Shown here: in pieces, positions 26,119 to 35,377 of the stretch
How positions within the stretch are numbered: position 1 is the stretch's first letter
How the letters are laid out: each line of letters begins with the position of its first letter
DNA from: a virus
IMG/VR virus record: IMGVR_UViG_2857898870_000003
Coordinates: 1,009 to 65,008 of that record
Reading direction: 5' to 3' (one strand)
Length of the DNA: 64,000 nt
The notes under the pieces: model-generated
The model's database searches: none
What the model was told of the DNA's origin: nothing
Seen by the model: the letters and a program-made list of their open reading frames with translations, nothing else
Made by a program: the position numbers and the translations under genes

Positions 26119-27075
26119 ATGGAAGATCGAAAAGATATTTGCGAGGGTTACGAGAGGGATAGCGTACAGCAGCTAGACAAGCTGGCCAAGGATAAGAACG
26201 AGCGTTTTCCTATCTATCCGTTGACATACATTCAGGCCGTATATGACGCTAGGACGAAAGAGAGGCTTGATTCCATATTGTGGAAATGCAACAACGTGTA
26301 TTTGCCTTGGATGGGATCGGCGGGGGATACCCGTATACAATTGCCTTTCTGGATGAGAAGGAAGGGTATCATAATCACTTACAAGAACCTTGACGAGGAG
26401 ACGATAACCGAGAAGCTCACCTATGATCTTTGTATCGCCGATGATTTCTTCCGTCTTGACTCCTCTTGGACTAGGATAACGGACGCCCTTCCGGTCGGGG
26501 GTAACATAACCATAGGCTCTAACGGAAATTGGTTTCAGGATGGCGTTGATACCGGCTTCAAGGCACAGGGACCTAAAGGGGACAATGGACAAGTTCCACA
26601 CCTTCGCTTGGCTGGGGGATACGTAAAATATAGCTACGATGAAGAGGTATGGTATGATCTTTTCCCGCTCATTGACATAACCCCAAGCGTAAAGGTGGGG
26701 GAGGTAAAGACGTTACCCGCAGGTAGCAAGGCTTCGGTAACGAACGTTAGCGGGGATAAGGACGCCATTTTCGACTTTGGAATCCCTATGGGAAATACTG
26801 GCCCCAAGGGAGAGAAGGGGGATGGGTATGATTTGTTGGGATTCAGGGATACGGCGGATGCTTTGCCTTCCACCGCTAATATCGGTGACGCTTACGCTGT
26901 AGGAACTTCCTCCCCATATCATCTTTACGTATGGAAGGACAATGTTAGTAAGTTCGTTGATATAGGCTCACTTAACGAGATAAAGGCCTCTATCTTTGAC
27001 GGGGGTAGGGCTGATAGTAATTATGGTGGGACAAGAACCATCGATTGCGGTGGGGCTGACGCTTATTTGGTGTAA
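26119..27075 (+). CDS. Tail fiber-like protein with short collagen-like G-X-Y stretches (318 aa)
   Basis: GPKGDNGQVPHL and GPKGEKGDGYDLLGF collagen-like triplets. Located between tail proteins. Confidence 0.5.
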   Translation: MEDRKDICEGYERDSVQQLDKLAKDKNERFPIYPLTYIQAVYDARTKERLDSILWKCNNVYLPWMGSAGDTRIQLPFWMRRKGIIITYKNLDEETITEKLTYDLCIADDFFRLDSSWTRITDALPVGGNITIGSNGNWFQDGVDTGFKAQGPKGDNGQVPHLRLAGGYVKYSYDEEVWYDLFPLIDITPSVKVGEVKTLPAGSKASVTNVSGDKDAIFDFGIPMGNTGPKGEKGDGYDLLGFRDTADALPSTANIGDAYAVGTSSPYHLYVWKDNVSKFVDIGSLNEIKASIFDGGRADSNYGGTRTIDCGGADAYLV

Positions 27076-27093
27076 CTCATAAATTATTTACCT

Positions 27094-29070
27094 ATGGAAA
27101 GAATTCAGTTAAGAAGAGATACGTCGACAAGATGGAGAGAGGTGAACCCTATTCTCATGGAAGGTGAGGTCGGATTTGAGACGGATACCAGATTGAGAAA
27201 GATCGGTGATGGCGTGAACCGTTGGAATGACCTTGAATATTTGAAGGCAGAAGGTATTGTACAAGAAATTGGGAATAGCGAAGATGTATCCATTAGCCAG
27301 AAAACGCTTTCTAATGAAACATTTTTGAATCGTGTGAACTTAAAAAGCTCAAATGATTTAGACTTGTGTACTCAAATTGGAATTTATACATGGATAAATG
27401 AAGAGGTTCCTATAAATTCCCCGGTACAAGGCTTAGGTTTAATGAACGTATTTCCCTATCTCCTAGATAAAGATGTCTTAAAACATCGAATTGTCCAGCA
27501 AGTCTTCGATTACTATGGGAGAATGTATGTCAGGTATAAAGGTAGTGGAGAATGGGGTGATTGGAACAGGCCTGCTGAAAAATCCATATTGGATAACACC
27601 GTAGACAATACTTTCACTTACAGAAGAAGTTTAAATTCTGATAACAATTTAGATGAGATCTCTCATATCGGAATATACTCGTGGATATCGAGCTCGGTTC
27701 CTCAAAACGCACCAGTTAGTTACGGAGGCGTACTTCTATTATTCCCTTATTTCCGGACGGAGTATACCGAGTTAAGCCGTACCGTGCAAATAGTCATAGC
27801 CTCAAGCGGGAAGATGTTCTCCCGATATCGTACCACATCGGGTTGGGGTTCTTGGGTCTCTGGAGGATCTGGAGGATCGGGAGAGACTTATGAGGATCGA
27901 TTGATGAGGGCGTTTTTAGATAAAACTTTCACGACGTGGCAACCCGAAGGTAATATACCTCGTAATTCACAAGATTTGTCATATTACAGTGGGGCTATAA
28001 GTGGGCTTCCTTATAGCTCCGTGTTTAATTTTGGTAACGACATTTACTATAACCGTGGTCTCTCCTCCTTTTTTTCGGCGGTAAAGAATAAGGGAAGTGT
28101 TTTATATAGTAAAGGTTACGGACAGGACACTAGAAGAGGCTCTTATTATGGTACCGTTTGCTCTACTTTTGGATCTTATATATCTGGTCAAAAGATATAT
28201 TATACCACGACGGAGATTCCGGAGGTTGCCGAGGAGATCACCTATGTTGATATCGAGCAAATAAACATAGGTGATATTTTGTGGACTTCCGGGCATTGTA
28301 AGGTTGTTTCCTCTGTCAATGTGGATGAGGATGGCATCTATAATATCGTCGTTACGGAGCAAGGAGGATATAATATGATGGAAACGGTTTACGATAAAGA
28401 TGGGTTTGAGAAAATCCTTAAAGGGATAGATCCTCATGATAAGAGGGTCTTTAAATTATACCGCTTCCAAAATCAAAGGATACCGGTTTTGCCTAAAATA
28501 GAATATAGCGAGAATGTCATTTCTGAATATGGGGATAGGACCTATTTTGAGCAAGGGCAAGATGTCTTTATAGCGGTCAAAGACGGGGATCATATTAATA
28601 TTTCTGATGGAAGCAATACGAATAGATACCTTTTATCGGGAATGTCCTCTAAAATCGTGAACGGGATCGAGCTATATAATGTGCGACCATATCTATCAGG
28701 GACGGCAGAGTATGATTTGTATACCGATAATGATGATCTTCACGCTAAACTATCTGTGATAGACATGGGTGATGTTATCTTGGATGATATTACCGTGAGG
28801 TTGACAGGATACAGCGACAATGTAAAACCTAGCTGGTATAACGTAATATACCTAATAGAAGCGGAGGAAGGAGAGTATCCTTATTTTCCGGCCCCAGAAG
28901 GATACATGGGGCATAATGCCGTGATGTGCAAGGATTTCATAAAAGACAATACTTTTAACGTAATCATGAGGGATGTGAAGGATTATGCCTCTGGATATTA
29001 CGTCAGATGTTATTATGAAACAAGATTTGGATTAGCTTATAAGGATAGTAATATCATTATGATAAAATAA
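27094..29070 (+). CDS. Tail fiber protein, paralog A (658 aa)
   Basis: Its N-terminal 50 aa (ERIQLRRDTSTRWREVNPILMEGEVGFETDTRLRKIGDGVNRWNDLEYL) are clearly homologous to the N-terminus of 29080-31395. The remainder is unrelated, with duplicated internal segments (NNLDEISHIGIYSWISSSVPQNAPV / SNDLDLCTQIGIYTWINEEVPINSPV). Confidence 0.5.
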   Translation: MERIQLRRDTSTRWREVNPILMEGEVGFETDTRLRKIGDGVNRWNDLEYLKAEGIVQEIGNSEDVSISQKTLSNETFLNRVNLKSSNDLDLCTQIGIYTWINEEVPINSPVQGLGLMNVFPYLLDKDVLKHRIVQQVFDYYGRMYVRYKGSGEWGDWNRPAEKSILDNTVDNTFTYRRSLNSDNNLDEISHIGIYSWISSSVPQNAPVSYGGVLLLFPYFRTEYTELSRTVQIVIASSGKMFSRYRTTSGWGSWVSGGSGGSGETYEDRLMRAFLDKTFTTWQPEGNIPRNSQDLSYYSGAISGLPYSSVFNFGNDIYYNRGLSSFFSAVKNKGSVLYSKGYGQDTRRGSYYGTVCSTFGSYISGQKIYYTTTEIPEVAEEITYVDIEQINIGDILWTSGHCKVVSSVNVDEDGIYNIVVTEQGGYNMMETVYDKDGFEKILKGIDPHDKRVFKLYRFQNQRIPVLPKIEYSENVISEYGDRTYFEQGQDVFIAVKDGDHINISDGSNTNRYLLSGMSSKIVNGIELYNVRPYLSGTAEYDLYTDNDDLHAKLSVIDMGDVILDDITVRLTGYSDNVKPSWYNVIYLIEAEEGEYPYFPAPEGYMGHNAVMCKDFIKDNTFNVIMRDVKDYASGYYVRCYYETRFGLAYKDSNIIMIK

Positions 29071-29079
29071 TTTATAGAT

Positions 29080-31395
29080 ATGGACAGAGTATTACAAAGA
29101 AGAGATACGGCATCGAACTGGGCTAAGTTTAACCCTGTTCTTTCGGAAGGGGAGATAGGAATCGTCATCGACGGAGGTAAAGGTTATAAGATAGGTGACG
29201 GTGTCACACATTGGAATGATCTGGAATACCCCTCTAATCCAACCAGTGTTGTGGGCACGATCGGAGATAGCGAGGTTGCCGTGATTAACCAGAAAGGCGT
29301 ATCCTCTTTGGTCGGCCTAGACACGTACCCTGTATTCTCCGATACCAAGCCCTACGTAAAAGGCGAGATCGTTAATTACGGCGGTCTCTTGTACGAGTTC
29401 ACGGCTGATCATGAGGCGGGGGCGTGGATTGGCACGGACGCAAGGGAGACGAGTTTGAAGGAGGAGGTGACAAAAGAGTTGACCATTAAATCTCAAGGAT
29501 TTACTTGTAGTAATCCAATTACTAATGAAATAATAAAGGAGATATTTTATGCTAAAAAAGATTTTCCTGTATATTTCTCATTAGCATTAAACTACCTTGC
29601 GACTGATAATAAATATCACAATAGATTATATGTAATCAATAAATATACTGATAAAGTAGTAGATTCAATATTTGATTTTTCTTACGATACTTTTGATGAA
29701 TGTAAAGTTGGATTAACTGATGATATATATTTAAATGGATCTAATCCTATAAGATCAGCTGTAGCTATTAATAATAATTATAGAAGGACTAATGAAAGAA
29801 TTGAAGATAATATTTTTACAAGTTATTATAGTCTTGATGCTTGCCCTAATATAAAAAACTATATTGAGAGTAGTTTGAAACTTACTGATGATAGTATAAC
29901 TAATTTGTATATTAAAGAATTAGTAGTTCCAGATATAAATATTGGTGATATTAAAAATATTAGATTGAATTTATGTATATTTGTTGGTAGTAAATATTAT
30001 AATGCTTGCTATATTGATCTTAATCCAACAGGTGTTTATACTGTTTTTGAGAATGCATATGATACGTTCGATGAATGTGCCAATAATTGTAATGGTGTTA
30101 TTTATAATGAAAAAAATAAAGCAGGTGCTTTAATAGAATACTCAGGTATAAAAAATTTTACTTTGACTAGGTCTCCTTTATGGAACCATGATCTTACTAT
30201 AGATTTTGCTCCTACTATAAAAAATTACCTAAACAAGTTTACAATAGAAAAAATAAATGATTATTTTGATGTTACTGATAATTTGATTTTTAAGACAAGT
30301 GATATGATATTAAAGGATCAGTTTTTTAATGGTTCTTCTTATATTGAAAGTAAAGGTTATTCTGTATCGCAACCTATATTATGTAAAGCTGGTATAACTT
30401 ATAAATACAATTTTGATAAAGCAGGAATGGGTAATAATATTAACTGCTGTAAAGTTGATAAATATGGTTTAAATCCTGTTGCATTTACTGTTAATTTATC
30501 CCCAGATGATAGTACAGCTACATTTTCATTTACAGAGGATACCTATGTTAGGATTAACTGTGGTAGAAACTTAGATTCTATTATTCTTACGGAGGAGTCT
30601 ATATTCCCTGATCCTTTTTCCTACTCTCAAGGAGGTAATATATTAAATGAAAGTTTCATTCTTAATGAAAGTCAAAAAAAACAGGTTGAAAATATATCGG
30701 AAAATGCAATAAATAATTTAGCTAATAAAATTATAGCATGGGACGGAGATAGTATTGCTGCTGGCGACAAAGGTACACCTTGGGCAAGCATTATTATGTC
30801 AAAAAATAAAATGATAGGAAAGAATTTTTCAGTTGGTGGAGCTACCATAACTTCGGGTACAACAACAAGTAGCGGTATTAATAGACACTGGGTTAGTTAT
30901 AATATAGATACTATACATCAACAATATCCAGCTTTAGATTATTTAATTCTTGAAGGAGGTTCCAATGATGCAGACTTAGAATCTCAAATCCAAATTGGTA
31001 TATTTGACCCACTCGATTTTGATGGGCCATTTGATAATACCACATTCCATGGCGCTTTAGATTACTTATTCTCTAAAGCTATTACATACTACCCGGGCAC
31101 TAAGATAGGATTTATTATAGCTGTTAAAATGGGTAAAGGTAAATATTCAAGTGTTTCAAATAGGAGGGATTTCTTTGATAAGATAAAACTTGTTTGTGAA
31201 AAGTGGGGTATTCCTTATATAGACTTATGGAAAACAAGCCCAATGAACCCAAATATGAGTGTATATTGGAATCCTGATTTAACTCCAGAAGAAAATATAG
31301 CTCAAGGTTATTATTATGCAGATAGTCAACACCCTACTACTGTAGGTTATAATTATACTGCCCCAATGATTGAAAGTTGGATTAAAACTCTGTGA
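29080..31395 (+). CDS. Tail fiber protein, paralog B (771 aa) with a C-terminal SGNH/GDSL hydrolase domain
   Basis: Shared N-terminal anchor domain (DRVLQRRDTASNWAKFNPVLSEGEIGIVIDGGKGYKIGDGVTHWNDLEY). Extremely AT-rich central segment with internal YDTFDEC repeats. C-terminal SGNH blocks: IIAWDGDSIAAGD (GDS block I), LILEGGSNDA (block III GxND), DSQHPT (block V DxxH). Confidence 0.55.
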   Translation: MDRVLQRRDTASNWAKFNPVLSEGEIGIVIDGGKGYKIGDGVTHWNDLEYPSNPTSVVGTIGDSEVAVINQKGVSSLVGLDTYPVFSDTKPYVKGEIVNYGGLLYEFTADHEAGAWIGTDARETSLKEEVTKELTIKSQGFTCSNPITNEIIKEIFYAKKDFPVYFSLALNYLATDNKYHNRLYVINKYTDKVVDSIFDFSYDTFDECKVGLTDDIYLNGSNPIRSAVAINNNYRRTNERIEDNIFTSYYSLDACPNIKNYIESSLKLTDDSITNLYIKELVVPDINIGDIKNIRLNLCIFVGSKYYNACYIDLNPTGVYTVFENAYDTFDECANNCNGVIYNEKNKAGALIEYSGIKNFTLTRSPLWNHDLTIDFAPTIKNYLNKFTIEKINDYFDVTDNLIFKTSDMILKDQFFNGSSYIESKGYSVSQPILCKAGITYKYNFDKAGMGNNINCCKVDKYGLNPVAFTVNLSPDDSTATFSFTEDTYVRINCGRNLDSIILTEESIFPDPFSYSQGGNILNESFILNESQKKQVENISENAINNLANKIIAWDGDSIAAGDKGTPWASIIMSKNKMIGKNFSVGGATITSGTTTSSGINRHWVSYNIDTIHQQYPALDYLILEGGSNDADLESQIQIGIFDPLDFDGPFDNTTFHGALDYLFSKAITYYPGTKIGFIIAVKMGKGKYSSVSNRRDFFDKIKLVCEKWGIPYIDLWKTSPMNPNMSVYWNPDLTPEENIAQGYYYADSQHPTTVGYNYTAPMIESWIKTL

Positions 31396-31901
31396 TTTAT
31401 AGTATTATCATGTACCGCTACTTCTCCTACATATCAGACCTCGCAAATTGGGCCAAGTCCATCGCCATAGCCGCCGTTGTCACGGCGATGGACTTCGTTT
31501 CGCCGATCGAGAATTTCTTGGTGGTGATCCTGTCGCTGGCCTTCATCGATACGTTCTGGGGGCTGGCTGCGGATCACGGGGATTTCCGGAAGAGCAAGTT
31601 CATCCGTAGCTGGGTGTATATGCTGATATATCTATTAATCATTATCGTGTCGTTCTGGATAGGCATGATGATGGATAGCTCTGAGGATAACGCCAAGGCT
31701 TTCGTGTCTTGGATAACGTGGGCGATGATATGGTTTTACGGGACCAATGTCTTAAAGAACATAGGCAAGGTATTCCCGGATAACAAGGTGATAGCCTTCT
31801 TGTATTGGGTTGCCGCCGTGAAATTTATCAGCAAGGTCAATTTCTTGGATGAGTATAACAAGACAAAGAATAAAAAAGGCTCCCCAGATCCAAAAGGATA
31901 G
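31392..31901 (+). CDS. Multi-pass membrane protein (169 aa); holin candidate
   Basis: 3-4 hydrophobic TM segments. 4-nt overlap with the fibre gene. Immediately upstream of the endolysin. Confidence 0.4.
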   Translation: MIYSIIMYRYFSYISDLANWAKSIAIAAVVTAMDFVSPIENFLVVILSLAFIDTFWGLAADHGDFRKSKFIRSWVYMLIYLLIIIVSFWIGMMMDSSEDNAKAFVSWITWAMIWFYGTNVLKNIGKVFPDNKVIAFLYWVAAVKFISKVNFLDEYNKTKNKKGSPDPKG

Positions 31902-31920
31902 GGGAGCCGGATAAATTTTA
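31876..31920 (+). terminator. Hairpin ggctcccc/ggggagcc overlapping the stop of the holin-like gene
   Basis: 8-bp perfect inverted repeat (31878-31885 / 31901-31908) followed by an A/T-rich stretch. The weak T-tract lowers confidence. Confidence 0.35.
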
Positions 31921-31989
31921 GCTTCCTGTCTTTCGCAAGGGAGGATAGCAATGTTAACAAAGCGCATAAAAGTATAAAAAATAATTGAT

Positions 31990-32451
31990 ATGAGAACGAT
32001 TAACAGGAAAATCAACTTGATCGTGATCCATTGTTCGGCCACTAGGGTAGATAAGGATTATACCCCTGAGCAATTAGAGAGAGACCACAAGGCGAGAGGA
32101 TTCAACTCCGCGGGTTATAACTATTATATCCGGAAGAGCGGGGAGATAGTATCTATGCGTCCATTGGAATTGATTCCGGCTCATGTGACCGGATATAACA
32201 AGAACAGTATAGGAATATGCTATGAGGGTGGTCTTGATCCGGACGGGAATCCGGATGATACACGTACGGAGGCACAGAGACAGTCGATTATAAGGCTGTT
32301 GTTGGATTTGGTCGTACAGTTCCCGGATAGTAGGATCTGCGGTCATCGTGACCTATCCCCGGATCTTAACGGTAACGGTAAGATTGAACCGGACGAGTGG
32401 ATGAAGATGTGTCCGTGTTTTAATGCCGAGGAGGAGTATCGCAATATATGA
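31990..32451 (+). CDS. N-acetylmuramoyl-L-alanine amidase (Amidase_2/PGRP fold) endolysin (153 aa)
   Basis: INLIVIHCSATRVDKDYTPEQLERDHKARGFNSAGYNYYIRKSGEIVSMRPLELIPAHVTGYNKNSIGICYEGG matches the Amidase_2 zinc-amidase signature (H..SAT, R..GF...GYH.YI...G.I..GR, and the AHV..YN.N.IGI segment). Confidence 0.85.
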   Translation: MRTINRKINLIVIHCSATRVDKDYTPEQLERDHKARGFNSAGYNYYIRKSGEIVSMRPLELIPAHVTGYNKNSIGICYEGGLDPDGNPDDTRTEAQRQSIIRLLLDLVVQFPDSRICGHRDLSPDLNGNGKIEPDEWMKMCPCFNAEEEYRNI

Positions 32452-32915
32452 AACCTTGGCAAGTAATATTAATACTAGTGTGCTTGGTAGCCAGTTTCAC
32501 GGCTGGCTACCATATCCGGGGGGATGTGACTGATAAAGTCGTGTCTAAATCCGATACCGTATTAATAACCGACACGATCCATGACAGTATCCCGTATCCT
32601 GTTTACGAGACATTGGTGCGGACGATACCGGAGCCTTTTCCTGTCTACATTACATTAGACGGTGACACGGTAAAGGAACCTGTATATGTTCCGGTACCCA
32701 TAACTAGCAAGGAGTACAAGACGGATGATTATAAACTCTCGATTTCGGGTTACAAGCCAAATCTCGATTACATCGAGGTCTATCGCAAGACTGAGTATAT
32801 AACCAAGACGATCACCCCCCGTAGATGGGGAATCGGCGCGATAGCCGGTTATGGGATCGGTAAACACGGGTTGTCTCCCTATGTCGGGATAGGCGGGTTC
32901 TATAGGATTTGGTGA
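32448..32915 (+). CDS. Lysis-accessory (spanin-like) protein: N-terminal signal/anchor, Pro-rich middle, C-terminal Gly-zipper segment (155 aa)
   Basis: Its ATG overlaps the amidase TGA (ATGA). N-terminal hydrophobic LILVCLVASFTAG. C-terminal GIGAIAGYGIGKHGLSPYVGIGGFYRIW. Position after the endolysin. Confidence 0.3.
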   Translation: MKPWQVILILVCLVASFTAGYHIRGDVTDKVVSKSDTVLITDTIHDSIPYPVYETLVRTIPEPFPVYITLDGDTVKEPVYVPVPITSKEYKTDDYKLSISGYKPNLDYIEVYRKTEYITKTITPRRWGIGAIAGYGIGKHGLSPYVGIGGFYRIW

Positions 32916-33206
32916 GGCTTCCGTGGCTCACACCCGGGAAACCTCTGATAATAGAATGAATGCGTTATATGAATAACAAGGGCTGACGTTTTTTTGTTCA
33001 TGATAATTTATATTAGTTTGATGGTGACTTCGTGAGAACGAGCCGGAAAGGGAGGATAAAGAAAAAGAATCTTCCCTAAATAATCGGATCGGAAGTTTGA
33101 TTATTTTTTCATGCCACGCACGACGGGAAGATTCTTATATGTCTTTCTGCCGTGCATTTTTTGTGCCCGGCTTTGATAGTAAAACAAACCACGAAATAAA
33201 AAGTTT

Positions 33207-33503
33207 ATGAATAAGGTGGAAATTTTTTACAAAAAAGTGATAGAGGCAGTCTGCAAGGAGTGCGGGACCGATCCGGTAATGATGTTTAGCAACAACAAGG
33301 AGAGGAACGTTGACGCTAGGGGAGTGGCTATAACCATACTGGCCGATCGCAAGTTGAGCGACAATATCATATCCGATCTGACTGGAATGACGAGGCAAGC
33401 CGTGAACCGGATGCGTAACTTGTACCCGGACAGGATAAGGAGGAGTTACTACCTGAGGAGGACGGTGGAGAGCGTCAAAGAGGAGCTATCCGGTACGGTC
33501 TGA
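33207..33503 (+). CDS. Small HTH-containing protein (98 aa)
   Basis: LSDNIISDLTGMTRQAVNRMRN resembles a sigma-region-4/LuxR-type helix-turn-helix. Confidence 0.35.
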   Translation: MNKVEIFYKKVIEAVCKECGTDPVMMFSNNKERNVDARGVAITILADRKLSDNIISDLTGMTRQAVNRMRNLYPDRIRRSYYLRRTVESVKEELSGTV

Positions 33504-33691
33504 GGGTGCGTTATGTTGTAAGGCATGTGATTTGTCTATGAAAAAATTTTCATATAACAAAATTTTGTGCGACATTTGCGGAATAAAAGGTGATTTTTAT
33601 AGCCTCGTCAAGTAACCAGCCTTGGCTGAGGCTTTACTTTTAACACCTTATATCTTAAAAAATGTATATTCTAAATAGATCATGAAAAAAT

Positions 33692-34960
33692 ATGACAGCG
33701 ATCGTAGGAGTTTTAAATAAACATGCTGTAGCTATTGCGGCGGATAGCGCAATTACTACAACGGGTCTATCTAGACGAAAGGTCTTTAATCGGGGGAATA
33801 AAATATTCACGTTGTCTAAATTTCATCCAGTAGGCGTTATGATTTATAATAACGCTGCATTAGAGGGAGTGCCTTGGGATGTTATAATTAAACTTTATAG
33901 AAGGTCTTTGGGAGATAAATCTTTTCCAAAATTGGAGGATTATAAAAAAGATTTCATAAGATTTATCTATAAAAAGAATTTTTTTATAGATAAATCAATT
34001 CAGTTAAGCTATTTAAGTGCGTCTGTTCAGTTTATCATTACTAATCTTATCGGGAATGAGGCTGGTCGATTGTGTGGAGGTATAAGGGATGACAATCATG
34101 ATGATTTTTTGTCACAGATGAAAAGATTAATGAGACAGTATTCTGATTTATATTCTTCCACAAAACAATGTGAGTCTCTAAGTGGTTATAAGATTGATGA
34201 TTTCGTTAAGTATTCATCAAAAGTTTTTGATGACCTAATCAATTCTCTAAATCAGATATCTCCAGATAAGGAATTTAGGGAATATGCGGAGACTCTTATT
34301 TTCAATATGATAAAATCAGAGCATGATAATCTCCCTTTTACAGGTATAGTTTTTGTTGGTTATGGTGAAGATGATATATATCCTAAATTGGATCCTGTTA
34401 ATATTTCATTGGTCATAGACAACAAGCTTCGATATTATGATGATATAAATAATTCTGTTGAGATATCGGATAAAAATTCATCTGCGATTCAGCCTTTCGC
34501 TCAAACTGATGTTATGGATACAGTTTTACTAGGTATCGATCCCAAATTAGAAAAGTTGTTTATTGAAAATTTTAAAAAGACGATAACTAAATATGGAAAC
34601 ATGATCGCAGAAGGTGTAGATAGAATTGATCCTCAAATGGCCGCCAAGATACGGGACTTGGATATAAGCGGAGTTGTCAATGAATTTAGAATATTGAATA
34701 GGGAATTGAAAAGAAAGCAATATATTATACCTCTAGTAAGGGCTATCTCTTCTTTAGAGAAAGAAGATTTAATAGATGTGGCAGAAAGTTTGATATCATT
34801 GACTTCCTTAAAAAGAAGGATGACCTTTGAGGAAGAGAGTGTGGGCGGTCCGGTAGATGTGGCTGTTATTTCTAAGGGGGACGGATTTATTTGGATAAAA
34901 AGAAAACATTATTTTGACCCGAATTTAAATGATCATTTTTTTAAAAACTATTATAGATAA
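33692..34960 (+). CDS. Proteasome-beta/HslV-like Ntn-hydrolase domain protein with a ~220-aa C-terminal extension (422 aa)
   Basis: N-terminus MTAIVGVLNKHAVAIAADSAITTTG...NKIFTL aligns by eye to the proteasome-beta/HslV N-terminus (TTIVGV..G.V.AADSR.T.G.....KI..I). Thr2 is the candidate N-terminal nucleophile after Met removal, Asp18 matches Asp17 and Lys37 matches Lys33. AT-rich gene with its own downstream terminator. Confidence 0.5.
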   Translation: MTAIVGVLNKHAVAIAADSAITTTGLSRRKVFNRGNKIFTLSKFHPVGVMIYNNAALEGVPWDVIIKLYRRSLGDKSFPKLEDYKKDFIRFIYKKNFFIDKSIQLSYLSASVQFIITNLIGNEAGRLCGGIRDDNHDDFLSQMKRLMRQYSDLYSSTKQCESLSGYKIDDFVKYSSKVFDDLINSLNQISPDKEFREYAETLIFNMIKSEHDNLPFTGIVFVGYGEDDIYPKLDPVNISLVIDNKLRYYDDINNSVEISDKNSSAIQPFAQTDVMDTVLLGIDPKLEKLFIENFKKTITKYGNMIAEGVDRIDPQMAAKIRDLDISGVVNEFRILNRELKRKQYIIPLVRAISSLEKEDLIDVAESLISLTSLKRRMTFEEESVGGPVDVAVISKGDGFIWIKRKHYFDPNLNDHFFKNYYR

Positions 34961-34965
34961 TACAT

Positions 34966-35181
34966 ATGGGAACGTTATTACAGTCTGATGCAGGTTATTT
35001 GTTCGCTCTTGATAATGATGTTATCATGAATGAACCTAATGAATTGGATGCCTATATAAAATCAAAAAGGATCCAAGAATGTAAAGATTCATTAGAGGAT
35101 GGTATGAGCCTTGATGAAATATCGGAGGTCGTTTCCAATAGGTTAGTTGATCTTATAAAAAAACAATTAACAAGGGAATAG
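34966..35181 (+). CDS. Small acidic protein (71 aa) co-transcribed with the Ntn-hydrolase-like gene
   Basis: Starts 6 nt after the upstream stop and is followed by a strong terminator. Composition DAYIKSKRIQECKDSLEDGMSLDEISEV. Confidence 0.4.
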   Translation: MGTLLQSDAGYLFALDNDVIMNEPNELDAYIKSKRIQECKDSLEDGMSLDEISEVVSNRLVDLIKKQLTRE

Positions 35182-35204
35182 TATTCTATATTTCTTTATA
35201 ACAA

Positions 35205-35242
35205 AAAAGCGTCGTCAACACAAATTGGCGGCGCTTTTTTTG
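35205..35242 (+). terminator. Rho-independent terminator of the Ntn-hydrolase two-gene cassette
   Basis: Stem gcgtcgtc (35209-35216) / ggcggcgc (35227-35234), with two G-U wobble pairs in RNA, followed by TTTTTTT (35235-35241). Confidence 0.55.
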
Positions 35243-35377
35243 TCTCATCCCCTTCCGCAAAGAACTAGCAACAACCTCGCAACAAGCTAGCAAGGAGATA
35301 TTTATTTAGCAAAGCCCTTCTCATGATTTTTGTCGTGTCCGGTAATGGTGCCGGATTAACGACAAAAATTAAAGATA

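Noticed and set aside
33135-33398. 87-aa minus ORF overlapping the intergenic region and the start of 33207-33503
   Set aside because: It overlaps a better + strand gene that has an HTH motif, and it spans a terminator-like hairpin. Likely spurious.
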